NCBI GenBank assembly: GCA_036568005.1
Contig: DATCTJ010000026.1
Span: 4,142 to 68,141, forward strand
DNA length: 64,000 nucleotides
Direction of reading: 5' to 3'
Origin: Lutibacter sp.
Lineage (GTDB): Bacteria; Bacteroidota; Bacteroidia; Flavobacteriales; Flavobacteriaceae
Of this stretch, positions 45,971 through 57,386 are shown in pieces. Within the stretch, counting starts at the first letter, position 1, and each line of letters starts with the position of its first letter. The notes beneath the pieces are model-generated. The model made no database searches and was not told the origin of the DNA. It saw nothing but the letters and a program-made list of their open reading frames with translations. The position numbers and the translations under genes are program-made.

Positions 45971-48781
45971 TTAATTAAAATTTTGTAAAAATCCTCGAAG
46001 ACTGTCTTCTTTTGTGATGCCAAGTTTGATTTTTAGCCTATATCGGTTTGTTTCTACACCCCTAATAGATATATTGAGCAATGGTGCAATTTCTTTGCTG
46101 CTCATGTTCATTCTTAAAAAGGCACAAATTTTTAAATCTTTATGGGTTAAGCTTGGAAAGCTGACTTTTAATTTGTTAAAAAATTCTTCATGTACCTGAT
46201 TGAAATTGTATTCAAAAAGTTCCCACCCATCAACATGTTCAATAGATTTATCTATTTGCTTTATTAATTTTTTAAAAGAATATTGATTGGTAAAATTATT
46301 TTTATTCAGCAGTAGCTCATCTTTTAAATGAAGCAATGTTTCATTTTTTTTAACCAAAGACATAGCGGTATTCGCCAACTGTTTACTTTTAAGTTTTATC
46401 TCATTCTTAAGGGATTCATTTTTTAGCCTTATAATTTCCTTTTCATTTTCTTGTTTGCGTTCTTCCAATAATTTTTTTTGTGTTTCTTCATACATTAATT
46501 GAAGTAATTTTTGTTCCTTCTTAATCTTTCTTTTATGAAAAAAATAAATGATAAAGGCAGTAAGAATAAGTATAAATAGATAAATAATAAATCCTGAAGT
46601 GCTTTTATACCAAGGAGATAAAACTGTAAATTCTAAAGATAGAATAGGCGATTTTCCTTTGTTGTAACCAACTGTTCTTATAGATAAATGATAGGTTCCA
46701 TCAGCAAGATTTGAAAACTCCAAGGTACCGCTTTTAGATTCAGTCCAGGGCGGATTTAAATGCAAACTAGAAAGTTTATATTCAAAATTATGATCTTTTG
46801 AAAATGGAGAACTTACGGAAATAGCCATAGAATTGTTGCGAAATGGCAGTGAAATTTCACTTGTATCAAGCGCTATCGCCTTGTTATTAATGGTTATTTT
46901 TGAAAGTGTTGGTGTTTTTAAGATTTCCTTTTCTGAAAATTTAGCGGCGTCAATAAACATAAATCCGTCATATAAATTTAGCGCAAAAGTTGAGTCGTTT
47001 ATTTTTGAAATATTTTCGTAGCCAGTTATCAGCCTTCTTTTGAAGAATTTATTTGGGATTAAAATGTTTTCAGTTTCACTTAAAAATGAACCAAAAGTTA
47101 TGGAATTTTCAGTTTTATAAGCTATTTCTGGAATATTTTCTTCGGAAATGATGTAACTTTCTTTGCCTATTTTGCTGTTTAATAATTTATAGGGTACAAT
47201 ACTGTCTATTAAGGGTTCATAATTTTGCCAGCCTTTTATGGTATGAAAAGCAATGGTGTTTTTTAGTTTATAAATTCGAACAAAATAATCAGACCAAAGT
47301 CCCTTTTTATTATAGTCTTTAATTTCCGTAATTTTCTCATAATTTTTAGCAAACTTAACGCGGTACAATCCTTTGTTTGCGTGGGATATCCATGCGGTAT
47401 GTTCATCTTCAAAAACTAGAAATCGGGCTGGAATGGTGGTTTTACCCAAGTGCTTTACCTGCCAGTCGCCCTTTACTTTTTTAAAGCTCACCAAACCAGC
47501 GTAAGTTCCTTGAACATACGTGTTTTTCTGCTCTGGAACTTTATTGATAACCCAGCCGCCTGTGTAGGCTGAAATGAGTTTTAAGGTATTGTTATTAACC
47601 AAATAAGTGCCATTGTTATGCCCACAAAATAAATCGCCATCTATTTCTTTTAAATCCCAAACCTGTCCTTGGGATCCTTCAATAAATTGTAATTTTCCTA
47701 AAGTATCAATAAAATATAAACCGGTATTGCTACCAATATAAATGGTGTTTTTATAATTGATGATGTCATATACTGCACCAAGTTTTCCTGAAATATCATT
47801 ATAAAAATAGTTGGGGGAATTTAAATCAACAAAGGCAATTCCATTATCCAATCCCAACCAAAGTTCATTATTTTCGGAAACAAATTGTCCCAATACGGTG
47901 TTGTTTATGAGTCCGATTTCTTTATTTATGTTGAAAAGGACATTGCCTAAATTATCTGTGATATAAATTCCGTTTTTTATCGTTCCAAAAAGCATATTGC
48001 CATTGGGCAATTGTGTAAATTTATTGAGCTGGTGTTTTTTAGCAATCTGATTTATTTCGGTTTCCCAAGGAATTAAATTATTATTATCCAACAAAAAGGA
48101 GCCTCTAAGTGCCGTATTTATTAGAAATTGATTTTCGTTTTTGGCGGATACTGAAATAATCTTGGCATTTATTAATTTTTCAGAATAAAAGAAAGGTTTC
48201 AGCTGTTGATTTTCCAACACAAAAATTCCGTTATCCAAAGTAGCAATATATAATTTGTCATTTATAACATCACAAGACATAATGGTAGCCGATAAATTGT
48301 GTGAGGTAATTTTTCCATCTTTGTAAATATGGATGTTTAAAAAAGACCGAAATACAACTGCATCACCAAACAAAACTATTTGCCAATATTCTTCATCTTT
48401 AGAAACATTTATTTTCTTGGAGGCGGTAAGCAGAGAAGTATATACCAAAGCGCCTTTGTTGTTTCTTGAGAAATAACCAAATTCCTCATAAGACCCCACG
48501 AATATTTTATTTTGATAAACCAATAAAGAACGAATGGTGGTTTTATTGGGCATTTCCCATAGGTTCCAATTTATGCCATCAAACTCAAGGAGTCCATTAT
48601 TATTAGCAACATATAATTCTCCATCTTCAGCCTTTGCAATGTCCCAATTTTGGTTGCCTGCCTTGTATTCATAAAGCGTATAATTATTTAAATAATGTGC
48701 ATATTGTGCATGAATAAACTGAGATATCAAAAATGCAAGCAGAATACAAAAGGTAAATTTAGTATGATTAGCGATCCTCAT
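45971..48781 (-). CDS. PUL regulator: periplasmic beta-propeller repeats plus Y_Y_Y domain, TM segment, coiled coil, C-terminal LuxR-type HTH (no kinase domain)
   Basis: Y_Y_Y-like FEYKLSS ... W ... GTYHLSIR, a TM segment (FIIYLFILILTAFIIYFF) and an HTH (LTHKDLKICAFLRMNMSSKEIAPLLNISIRGVETNRYRLKIKLG). Confidence 0.85.
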   Translation of the reverse strand: MRIANHTKFTFCILLAFLISQFIHAQYAHYLNNYTLYEYKAGNQNWDIAKAEDGELYVANNNGLLEFDGINWNLWEMPNKTTIRSLLVYQNKIFVGSYEEFGYFSRNNKGALVYTSLLTASKKINVSKDEEYWQIVLFGDAVVFRSFLNIHIYKDGKITSHNLSATIMSCDVINDKLYIATLDNGIFVLENQQLKPFFYSEKLINAKIISVSAKNENQFLINTALRGSFLLDNNNLIPWETEINQIAKKHQLNKFTQLPNGNMLFGTIKNGIYITDNLGNVLFNINKEIGLINNTVLGQFVSENNELWLGLDNGIAFVDLNSPNYFYNDISGKLGAVYDIINYKNTIYIGSNTGLYFIDTLGKLQFIEGSQGQVWDLKEIDGDLFCGHNNGTYLVNNNTLKLISAYTGGWVINKVPEQKNTYVQGTYAGLVSFKKVKGDWQVKHLGKTTIPARFLVFEDEHTAWISHANKGLYRVKFAKNYEKITEIKDYNKKGLWSDYFVRIYKLKNTIAFHTIKGWQNYEPLIDSIVPYKLLNSKIGKESYIISEENIPEIAYKTENSITFGSFLSETENILIPNKFFKRRLITGYENISKINDSTFALNLYDGFMFIDAAKFSEKEILKTPTLSKITINNKAIALDTSEISLPFRNNSMAISVSSPFSKDHNFEYKLSSLHLNPPWTESKSGTLEFSNLADGTYHLSIRTVGYNKGKSPILSLEFTVLSPWYKSTSGFIIYLFILILTAFIIYFFHKRKIKKEQKLLQLMYEETQKKLLEERKQENEKEIIRLKNESLKNEIKLKSKQLANTAMSLVKKNETLLHLKDELLLNKNNFTNQYSFKKLIKQIDKSIEHVDGWELFEYNFNQVHEEFFNKLKVSFPSLTHKDLKICAFLRMNMSSKEIAPLLNISIRGVETNRYRLKIKLGITKEDSLRGFLQNFN

Positions 48782-49087
48782 AAATAATTTTAAACGGCAT
48801 AATTGTGAATGTAAACAAAGCTAGGTAAATATAGAAGAAAAATTAAATTAATCTAGTAAAACAAAACTTTTAGTTAGAAAATACTATACCACTTTTACTT
48901 AAAAACATGTATTTATTTTTTAATGCGAATTGGCTATAATTATTTTTGAAGCGAATAACAAACATAAAAGAAGAACTAATTAAGAAAAATTTAACATTCT
49001 CAAATAAGGGAAAAAGGATTATAAAACGACATACTAATTAATATTGTTTAATTTTGAAAATTCTTATAAAGAAACTAAGCTTTTAGT

Positions 49088-51160
49088 ATGAAAAAAATAT
49101 TTTTCCTTTTAGCGTTTTTCACGCTAGTAAACTCAAATTTTGCCCAAATTCACGACCCGGTTAAGTGGTCAACTTCCGTAGAAAAAATTTCAGATTCAGA
49201 ATACGATTTAATTACCACAGCAACTATTGAAGCAAAATGGCATTTGTATTCGCAAAATGTTCCTGCCGATGGCCCAATACCAACTTCTTTTCTGTATAAG
49301 AAAAGTGCTGATTTTGTAATAGTTGGAAAGACTTCAGAAGAAAAAGGCCATACTGTTCATGACGCTGTTTTTGACATGAAAATTAAGTATTTTGAAAACA
49401 AGGCCGTTTTTAAACAACGCATTAAAACAAACAATTCAGCAGCTTTTAAAATTATTGGAGAAGTAGAGTTTATGGTATGTGACGATTCAAGTTGCTTGCC
49501 TCCAACTGTGATAGATTTGACATTTTTAATTCCAGCAAATAAGGGAACTGCGGTAATTGTGAATACTAATGATAACAAAAAAATTCCTACAACAACAAAT
49601 GATGACTCAAGTGTTTCTTCAATAAATGTTGATAAAAACGAAGCTGATTCTACAGTAATTGGTGCTGAAAACAAGGAAGTCACAAAGGTAATCGCCGCAA
49701 GAAACAGCAATAAAACATCAAATAAAAGCCTGTTAACCATATTTATTATTGCGTTCATTTCAGGATTTGCGGCCTTGTTGACGCCCTGTGTGTTTCCGAT
49801 GATTCCGATGACAGTGAGTTTCTTTACCAAGCAAAGTAAAAGCAAGGCTGAAGGAATTAAAAATGCCGTTATTTATGGCTTTTCCATTGTGATTATCTAT
49901 TTGCTTTTAGGTTTGTTGGTTAGTGCTATTTTTGGTGCTGACGCATTGAATGCCTTCTCTACCAATGTTTGGTTTAACCTTATATTCTTTTTATTGCTAA
50001 TCGTTTTTGCAGTTTCCTTTTTAGGCGCCTTTGAAATTGTGTTGCCAAGTTCTTGGGGCACAAAGGTAGATGCGCAAGCTGATAGAGGCGGTATCATTGG
50101 CATATTTTTTATGGCCTTGGCCTTAGCCATTGTTTCGTTTTCTTGTACCGGACCTATTGTTGGAACATTACTGGTTGAAGCTGCCGCAGGAGGAAATCAA
50201 GTCGGTCCAATTGTGGGCATGTTAGGTTTTTCATTGGCTTTAGCCATTCCATTTGCTTTGTTTGCCGCTTTTCCGGGTTGGTTAAATTCATTACCAAAAT
50301 CGGGCGGATGGTTAAATACCGTGAAAGTAGTGTTGGGATTTTTGGAATTGGCTTTGGCCTTTAAGTTTTTATCGAATGCCGATTTGGTGCTACAGCTTCA
50401 TTGGTTGGAAAGAGAAGTTTTCTTATCAATTTGGATTGCCATATTTTTGGCCTTGGCATTTTATCTTTTTGGAAAAATACAATTGCCGCACGATTCTCCG
50501 CTAACCCACATTTCGGTTGGAAGATTAAGTTTGGGATTGCTATCTTTGACATTTGCTATTTATATGATTCCTGGTTTGTGGGGCGCCCCTTTAAATTTAA
50601 TCAGTGCTTTTCCACCAGCACAACATTATAGTGAATCACCTTATGGAGTTGGGTTTTCTAGAATGAGTACCGGAATGCCTTCAGGCGAAAATATGGAGAT
50701 ACCGGATGGTGCACATTTAATGCCACCGCACAATATTTTATCTTTTAACGATTACGACAAAGGTTTGGCTTATGCCAAAAAAGTAAATAAGCCAGTGATG
50801 CTTGATTTTACCGGTCATGCTTGCGTAAATTGCCGAAAAATGGAACAAAATGTTTGGGCAAAAGATGAAATTCTTCCAATTCTTAAAAACGATGTGGTCT
50901 TAATTTCATTATATGTGGACGATAAAAGACAGCTTGCCGATGGAGAAGAAATTGATTCCAAATTATATCCGGGGAAAAAGTTAAAATATATTGGACAAAA
51001 ATGGAGCGAATTCCAAATTATAAAGTTTGGTGCTAACGCACAGCCATTTTATGTTTTGATGGATCATAACGAAGCAAATTTAAATGAACCGGTTGCTTAT
51101 ACGCCAGATGTAGGTGAATATCACAATTGGTTAAAAATCGGAATCGCAAATTTTAAATAG
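49088..51160 (+). CDS. dsbD: Thiol:disulfide interchange protein DsbD-like (N-terminal domain, CcdA-type membrane core, C-terminal thioredoxin)
   Basis: Membrane core cysteines ([11 protein letters not shown]; SFSCTGP) and a C-terminal thioredoxin motif ([11 protein letters not shown]). Confidence 0.85.
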   Translation: MKKIFFLLAFFTLVNSNFAQIHDPVKWSTSVEKISDSEYDLITTATIEAKWHLYSQNVPADGPIPTSFLYKKSADFVIVGKTSEEKGHTVHDAVFDMKIKYFENKAVFKQRIKTNNSAAFKIIGEVEFMVCDDSSCLPPTVIDLTFLIPANKGTAVIVNTNDNKKIPTTTNDDSSVSSINVDKNEADSTVIGAENKEVTKVIAARNSNKTSNKSLLTIFIIAFISGFAALLTPCVFPMIPMTVSFFTKQSKSKAEGIKNAVIYGFSIVIIYLLLGLLVSAIFGADALNAFSTNVWFNLIFFLLLIVFAVSFLGAFEIVLPSSWGTKVDAQADRGGIIGIFFMALALAIVSFSCTGPIVGTLLVEAAAGGNQVGPIVGMLGFSLALAIPFALFAAFPGWLNSLPKSGGWLNTVKVVLGFLELALAFKFLSNADLVLQLHWLEREVFLSIWIAIFLALAFYLFGKIQLPHDSPLTHISVGRLSLGLLSLTFAIYMIPGLWGAPLNLISAFPPAQHYSESPYGVGFSRMSTGMPSGENMEIPDGAHLMPPHNILSFNDYDKGLAYAKKVNKPVMLDFTGHACVNCRKMEQNVWAKDEILPILKNDVVLISLYVDDKRQLADGEEIDSKLYPGKKLKYIGQKWSEFQIIKFGANAQPFYVLMDHNEANLNEPVAYTPDVGEYHNWLKIGIANFK

Positions 51161-51213
51161 GTATTTTTCAAACAACAAATAAAAACTTATAAACCAATAT
51201 TTTTTAAATAGGG

Positions 51214-52716
51214 ATGTCAACAAAATCAGCAATCGAAAATCAAAGCCAACCTTCTGAATTAGAATCCTATTTTCAACAATTCAGGAAACATATTGTGGGG
51301 ATCGACCAAACTTTTGAGTCACCTTACGGAGAAAAGAATATTATTTATACTGATTGGACTGCCAGTGGAAGGCTGTATCGTCCCATAGAAGAAAAATTAC
51401 TGAATGAATTTGGCCCGTTTGTAGCCAATACACATACAGAAACTTCCATCACAGGATCTGCTATGACCATGGCGTACCACAAAGCACGGTCTATAATTAA
51501 AGCCCATGTAAACGCCTCCAAAGAAGATGTTTTAATTACCTCTGGAACAGGAATGACGGGCGTGGTAAATAAGTTTCAGCGTATTTTGGGATTGCGGGTT
51601 TCAGAAAATATAAAAAAATATGCAGCAATTCCTGCAGCCATTAAACCCATCGTATTCATAACCCATATGGAACACCATTCCAACCAAACTTCTTGGCTGG
51701 AAACCATTGCCGATGTTGAAATTATTCCTTGCCAGGAATCGGGTTTGCTGTGTTTTGACAGTTTTGAAAAACTCCTGATTCAGCATAAAGACAGACCCAT
51801 TAAAATAGCATCAGTAACAGCTTGTTCCAATGTAACCGGCATCACAACCGATTACCATAAAATTGCAAAAATGATTCATAATTACGGCGGATTGTGTTTT
51901 GTGGATTTTGCCTGTTCGGCGCCGTATGTAGAAATAAATATGCACCCGCAAGATGAAGAAGCCTACTTAGATGCTATTTTCTTTTCTCCCCATAAATTTT
52001 TAGGAGGTCCGGGATCTCTGGGCGTGTTGATTTTCAACAAAAAATTATACAAAAATATGGTTCCTGACAATCCAGGCGGCGGAACCGTTAATTACACCAA
52101 TCCTTGGGGAGACCATGATTATATTGATGACATTGAAACTCGTGAAGACGGCGGAACGCCAGGTTTTTTGCAAACCATAAAAATTGCATTGGCCATTCAG
52201 CTGAAAGAAAAAATGGGCGTTAAAAATATGTTGGCGCGCGAACATGAACTTATTGATTTGGTGTTTGAAAAACTGGCCAAAATTCCGAATCTTCAATTAT
52301 TGGCCGGACAGCACAAAGACCGATTGGGCGTTTTTTCTTTTTTTATTGAAAATGAGCATTTTAATTTGGTGGTTAAATTGTTGAATGACCGATTTGGCGT
52401 CCAAACCCGTGGAGGTTGCTCTTGCGCAGGAACATATGGACATTTTTTGTTGCATGTTGATCAGCAAACTTCAAGAAGTATTGAAGAAAAAATTAGTGAA
52501 GGATGTTTGGCTGAAAGACCGGGATGGATTCGCATGTCCATTCACCCAACAAATACAAATGAAGAAATACTTTATGTTTGCGATAGTATCAAACAAGTTG
52601 CGGAAAATATTGAAGAATGGCGCAATGATTATCAATATGATGCCATTAAAAACGAGTTTACGCATAAAACAGCCCAACCAATAGAAAATGAATTGGTAAA
52701 TAATTGGTTCAAGTAA
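51214..52716 (+). CDS. Class V aminotransferase-fold PLP-dependent enzyme (cysteine desulfurase-like)
   Basis: About 500 aa. HHSN motif, the SPHKFLGGPG PLP-lysine context, and RGGCSCAG near the C-terminus. Confidence 0.75.
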   Translation: MSTKSAIENQSQPSELESYFQQFRKHIVGIDQTFESPYGEKNIIYTDWTASGRLYRPIEEKLLNEFGPFVANTHTETSITGSAMTMAYHKARSIIKAHVNASKEDVLITSGTGMTGVVNKFQRILGLRVSENIKKYAAIPAAIKPIVFITHMEHHSNQTSWLETIADVEIIPCQESGLLCFDSFEKLLIQHKDRPIKIASVTACSNVTGITTDYHKIAKMIHNYGGLCFVDFACSAPYVEINMHPQDEEAYLDAIFFSPHKFLGGPGSLGVLIFNKKLYKNMVPDNPGGGTVNYTNPWGDHDYIDDIETREDGGTPGFLQTIKIALAIQLKEKMGVKNMLAREHELIDLVFEKLAKIPNLQLLAGQHKDRLGVFSFFIENEHFNLVVKLLNDRFGVQTRGGCSCAGTYGHFLLHVDQQTSRSIEEKISEGCLAERPGWIRMSIHPTNTNEEILYVCDSIKQVAENIEEWRNDYQYDAIKNEFTHKTAQPIENELVNNWFK

Positions 52717-52771
52717 TTGTTATTGGGCAACAAATTTTTCTATATTTGGGCTTAAATAATTAACTGTATTG

Positions 52772-53356
52772 ATGGATAATTTTATGTTCTTTCTTAAAGA
52801 AGGTCTTTTTCATGTGCTGGATTGGAATGCCTATGATCACGTGCTTTTTTTGATAGCTTTGGTGGTGGTTTATGATTTTAAAAATTGGAAAAAAATATTG
52901 TGGCTCATTACGCTGTTTACTATTGGGCATACCCTTTCTCTTATTTTAGCAGCCTATAAAATAGTGACAATAAGTCAAGACTGGATTGAATTTTTAATTC
53001 CAGTTACTATTTTAATTACCGCAGTGGTCAATATATTTTTTGCCAAAAACGCTTCAAAACTGGCCAAAACAAATACCAATTTATTTTTTGCCTTATTTTT
53101 TGGATTGATTCACGGACTCGGATTCTCGGGTTATTTTAAAATATTGATTGGTAGTTCAACACAAAAATTAATTCCGTTGTTGGAGTTTGCACTGGGAATT
53201 GAACTTGCACAACTGATAGTTGTGTTTGTAATTCTTATTATCGGACTTGTTTTTCAAACCATTTTCCGATTTCCAAAGCGTGACTGGATTTTGATTATCT
53301 CATCCATAGTGATTGGGTTGGTGTTACCAATCCTAAAGGCAGCCATATTTTGGTAA
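52772..53356 (+). CDS. HupE/UreJ-family membrane protein
   Basis: Six TM segments with conserved His-containing motifs (GHTLSL, GLIHGLGF). The first ATG is at 52772. Confidence 0.7.
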   Translation: MDNFMFFLKEGLFHVLDWNAYDHVLFLIALVVVYDFKNWKKILWLITLFTIGHTLSLILAAYKIVTISQDWIEFLIPVTILITAVVNIFFAKNASKLAKTNTNLFFALFFGLIHGLGFSGYFKILIGSSTQKLIPLLEFALGIELAQLIVVFVILIIGLVFQTIFRFPKRDWILIISSIVIGLVLPILKAAIFW

Positions 53357-53412
53357 AAAATTAACGTAGTGTTTATTAGAATCTTAGTACTTTTGAAACT
53401 TCTAAAAAATTT

Positions 53413-53835
53413 ATGAACAAGAAACAATTAAAATACGACCAAGCTTATATGCGAATGGCATTTGAATGGTCGAAATTATCATATTGCGAAAGAAAACAAG
53501 TGGGTGCATTAATTGTTAAAGACCGAATGATTATTTCAGACGGTTTTAACGGTACACCAACTGGTTTTGAAAATGCCTGCGAAGATAAAGAAGGAAATAC
53601 AAAGTGGTATGTGTTGCATGCCGAAGCAAATGCCATATTAAAAGTGGCGGCTTCAACTCAATCCTGCAAAGATTCTACCTTATTTATTACCATGTCGCCG
53701 TGCAAAGAATGCAGTAAATTAATACATCAATCTGGAATAAAAAGAGTAGTTTATGCCAATGCTTATAAAGATGAAACAGGCTTGGAATTTTTAGAAAAAG
53801 CAGGCGTTGAACTTACTCATCTTAAAAATTTATAA
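53413..53835 (+). CDS. Deoxycytidylate (dCMP) deaminase
   Basis: Zinc motifs HAEANA and PCKECSKLI. Size and N-terminus are typical of ComEB/dCMP deaminases. Confidence 0.85.
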   Translation: MNKKQLKYDQAYMRMAFEWSKLSYCERKQVGALIVKDRMIISDGFNGTPTGFENACEDKEGNTKWYVLHAEANAILKVAASTQSCKDSTLFITMSPCKECSKLIHQSGIKRVVYANAYKDETGLEFLEKAGVELTHLKNL

Positions 53836-55463
53836 TGACAAAAAGTAAAGTTTATTTTCCCTTAATTATTGGTATTGCCATAGCCGCTGGAATATTTATT
53901 GGCAGCACTTTTAACTTTAAAAACAAATCGGTTTTATTCAGCACCAATTCAAATGAAGCAAAAATAAAGCGATTGATCAACTACATAAATTATGATTATG
54001 TTGATAAAGTAAATACCGACAGTTTGCTTGATGATGCCATTACTACGATGTTGGCAAAATTGGATCCGCATTCCGTTTATATTCCAAAAGATGAATTGCA
54101 GCGTGTTACGGAAAGCATGCAAGGAAAATTTGCAGGTATTGGGGTAAGTTTTATTGTGCATGAAGATTCTGTTGCGGTAAGTGGTGTTATTAAAGGCGGG
54201 CCTAGCGAAAAAGTAGGAATAAAGTCGGGAGACAGAATTATTATCTCGAATAACGATACTTTGTTTGGAGAAAGTCTACTAAAAAAAGCAGGTGTCACTG
54301 AATTTGAACGCGGAACGCTTGAAGGCAACAGAAAAATGAGTGACGCAGTGATGAGAACCCTAAAAGGTGAACCAGAAACCAAAGTGAATGTGGTGGTTTA
54401 CAGACGCGCCACAAATCAAACACTAAACTTTCCAATTACTCGTGGTGATGTTTCAATCACAAGTGTTTCAGCACATTATATGATTAACAATACCTTAGGA
54501 TATATTAAAGTTGATCGTTTTGCGAGAACCACTTATCAGGAATTTAAAAAAGCATTGGACGAATTGATTGGAAAAGGAATGACTTCATTGGCGCTAGATT
54601 TACGCGGAAATCCGGGGGGCTATATGGACATTGCAAACATGATTATCGATGAATTTTTAGAAGATGGCAAATTAATAGTTTTCACTAAAAATAAAAACGG
54701 AGCCGTTGACAAATCATTTTCAACCGATAAAGGCGATTTTGAATACGGTAAAATATTTGTGTTAATCGACCAAAATTCAGCCTCGGCAAGTGAAATTGTT
54801 GCAGGGGCACTTCAGGATAACGATAAGGGTACCATTGTTGGCCGTCGCTCTTTTGGGAAAGGATTGGTGCAACAGGAAATGTCTCTGGGCGATGGCTCGG
54901 CGGTAAGGCTTACAACCGCAAGGTATTATACGCCTACAGGAAGGTCCATACAAAAACCTTACAACCATTTTGACCAAACAAATTATAACAATGATTATTT
55001 AGAAAGAATTCACAATGGGGAACTGCTTTCAAAAGACAGCATTAAAGTAAATGATTCATTAAAATATATAACACCAAAAGGAAAAATAGTTTACGGTGGT
55101 GGAGGGATAATTCCCGATGTATTTGTATCCATCGATACTACTGGCACTTTTAGTGCGCGGTTGTATAGCCAATTAAATCCTTTTATATTTAAATACATCG
55201 ACAACAACAGGAAGGAAATGAATAAATGGGAATTATATGATTTTGTTAATAATTTCGATAAAAACGACAAGATATTCAATCAATATATTAGTGAACTCGA
55301 TATAAATTATCCAATTCCTCCAGTAGTTAAAGAAGATTTAAAACGCTATTTTAAGGCAATTATGGCCAGAAATCTATTCGATGAAACGGGCTATTTTATA
55401 ATTACCCAGAAAAAAGATAATATGATTTTAAAAGTGATTGAATTGGATAGTAAAAATCAGTAG
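53835..55463 (+). CDS. S41-family C-terminal processing peptidase with PDZ domain
   Basis: LDLRGNPGG, SASASEIVAGALQD and GRRSFGKGLVQ (Ser/Lys dyad context). Confidence 0.85.
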   Translation: MTKSKVYFPLIIGIAIAAGIFIGSTFNFKNKSVLFSTNSNEAKIKRLINYINYDYVDKVNTDSLLDDAITTMLAKLDPHSVYIPKDELQRVTESMQGKFAGIGVSFIVHEDSVAVSGVIKGGPSEKVGIKSGDRIIISNNDTLFGESLLKKAGVTEFERGTLEGNRKMSDAVMRTLKGEPETKVNVVVYRRATNQTLNFPITRGDVSITSVSAHYMINNTLGYIKVDRFARTTYQEFKKALDELIGKGMTSLALDLRGNPGGYMDIANMIIDEFLEDGKLIVFTKNKNGAVDKSFSTDKGDFEYGKIFVLIDQNSASASEIVAGALQDNDKGTIVGRRSFGKGLVQQEMSLGDGSAVRLTTARYYTPTGRSIQKPYNHFDQTNYNNDYLERIHNGELLSKDSIKVNDSLKYITPKGKIVYGGGGIIPDVFVSIDTTGTFSARLYSQLNPFIFKYIDNNRKEMNKWELYDFVNNFDKNDKIFNQYISELDINYPIPPVVKEDLKRYFKAIMARNLFDETGYFIITQKKDNMILKVIELDSKNQ

Positions 55464-55519
55464 CTATTTATCAATTACAACGAACTGGAATTTTAGTCAT
55501 CTAATGAGTTTAAATTTTG

Positions 55520-56263
55520 ATGAACAATAAAAAAATATATTTTGCTTCCGACCAACATTTTGGCGCACCTACTGTTGAAGCTAGTAAAATACGTGAACAA
55601 AAGTTTGTAAATTGGCTTGATTTTATCAAAAAAGATGCAGAAACACTCTTTCTTTTAGGCGATTTATTTGATTTTTGGTTTGAATACTCACAAGTTGTTC
55701 CAAAAGGTTTTGTGCGTGTTTTGGGGAAATTAGCCGAATTAAGCGATCAGGGAATAAAAATTCATTTTTTTGTGGGAAACCACGACCTTTGGGTACACAA
55801 TTATTTTGAAAAAGAACTAAACATTTCCACCTATCACCAGCCAAAGGAATTTCTACTTAAGGGCAAATCGTTTTTTATAGGTCATGGAGATGGCTTAGGG
55901 CCAGGAGATAAAGGCTATAAAAGAATGAAAAAGGTTTTTACCCACCCCGTTTCCAAATGGTTTTATAGATGGTTACATCCTGATATAGGAATTCGGTTAG
56001 GGCATTATTTGTCGGTACAAAACAAACTAATTTCAGGAGAGGAAGATGTGAAATTTTTGGGAGAAGAAAACGAATGGCTCGTTCAATATGCCAAAATAAA
56101 ATTAATCGAAAAACATTACGATTATTTTGTATTTGGTCATCGCCATTTACCGCTAGAAATAACACTTTCCGAAAATTCAAAATATATCAATACAGGCGAT
56201 TGGATTGTCCATTTTACCTATGGGGAATTTGATGGGGACCAAATGATGTTAAAATCTTACTAA
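55520..56263 (+). CDS. lpxH: UDP-2,3-diacylglucosamine diphosphatase
   Basis: Calcineurin-like metallophosphoesterase motifs SDQHFG, GDLFDFW, GNHD, GHGD and GHRH. ATG at 55520. Confidence 0.8.
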   Translation: MNNKKIYFASDQHFGAPTVEASKIREQKFVNWLDFIKKDAETLFLLGDLFDFWFEYSQVVPKGFVRVLGKLAELSDQGIKIHFFVGNHDLWVHNYFEKELNISTYHQPKEFLLKGKSFFIGHGDGLGPGDKGYKRMKKVFTHPVSKWFYRWLHPDIGIRLGHYLSVQNKLISGEEDVKFLGEENEWLVQYAKIKLIEKHYDYFVFGHRHLPLEITLSENSKYINTGDWIVHFTYGEFDGDQMMLKSY

Positions 56264-56378
56264 ACCTCACATTTTGCCTATATTTTTAACCAATTTTTAA
56301 CAAGTTTTAAGAAAATATTTATGCTATTTGCATAGCCTAAGGGCGTATAATAAAATCACACGAATAAAAACAAAAAAT

Positions 56379-57386
56379 ATGATTGAAGATAATAACGTTT
56401 CAGTAGATATTAGGGCTATAAATGAAAAAATAGAAAGAGAAAGTGCCTTTGTAGATTTGTTAATGATGGAAATGAATAAAGTGATTGTTGGCCAAAAACA
56501 TATGGTGGAACGATTGCTTATCGGTTTGCTTGGAAATGGACATATTTTATTGGAAGGTGTTCCCGGATTGGCAAAAACATTGGCGATAAATACCTTAGCA
56601 AAAGCAGTTCAGGGCAAGTTCAGTAGAATCCAGTTCACACCTGATTTATTACCTGCCGATGTGATTGGTACGATGATCTACAACATTAAAGTCAATGATT
56701 TTTCTATTAAAAAAGGGCCAATTTTTGCAAATTTTGTGTTGGCTGATGAGATTAACCGTGCTCCGGCAAAAGTACAGTCCGCTTTGTTGGAAGCCATGCA
56801 AGAACGACAAATTACCATTGGAGACACAACTTTTAAGTTAGAAGAACCATTTTTGGTCATGGCAACCCAAAACCCAATTGAACAAGAAGGAACGTATCCC
56901 TTACCAGAAGCGCAAATTGACCGTTTTATGCTAAAAGCAGTGATTCACTATCCAAAATTAGATGAAGAGCAATTAATAATGCGCCAGCATTTAAATGACA
57001 CATATGGAACTGTTAATGCAGTGGCTTCTATTGACCAAATTATCAGGGCAAGAAAAGCAGCGAGAGAAGTATATATGGATGAGAAAATTGAAAAATACAT
57101 TCTTGATATTATTTTCGCGACACGTTTCCCTGAAAAATATAATTTATCGGATCTAAAGGGTTTGATAAGCTTTGGAGCTTCTCCCCGCGGAAGCATCAAC
57201 TTGGCGCTTGCCGCAAAATGCTACGCTTTTATAAAGCGAAGAGGTTATGTAATCCCAGAAGATGTTCGCGCTGTAGTGCACGATGTTTTACGTCACAGAA
57301 TAGGCATCACTTATGAGGCTGAAGCAGAAAATATTACTTCAGAAGATATTATCAATAAAATTGTTAATGAAGTTGAAGTACCTTAA
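56379..57386 (+). CDS. MoxR-family AAA+ ATPase (first gene of the Bat/aerotolerance operon)
   Basis: Walker A (GVPGLAKT), Walker B (LADEINRA), ATQNPIEQEGTYPLPEAQIDRF and GASPRG. ATG at 56379. Confidence 0.9.
   Translation: MIEDNNVSVDIRAINEKIERESAFVDLLMMEMNKVIVGQKHMVERLLIGLLGNGHILLEGVPGLAKTLAINTLAKAVQGKFSRIQFTPDLLPADVIGTMIYNIKVNDFSIKKGPIFANFVLADEINRAPAKVQSALLEAMQERQITIGDTTFKLEEPFLVMATQNPIEQEGTYPLPEAQIDRFMLKAVIHYPKLDEEQLIMRQHLNDTYGTVNAVASIDQIIRARKAAREVYMDEKIEKYILDIIFATRFPEKYNLSDLKGLISFGASPRGSINLALAAKCYAFIKRRGYVIPEDVRAVVHDVLRHRIGITYEAEAENITSEDIINKIVNEVEVP

Noticed and set aside
49357-49845. 162-aa minus-strand ORF
   Set aside because: It is antisense to dsbD and has no independent support.
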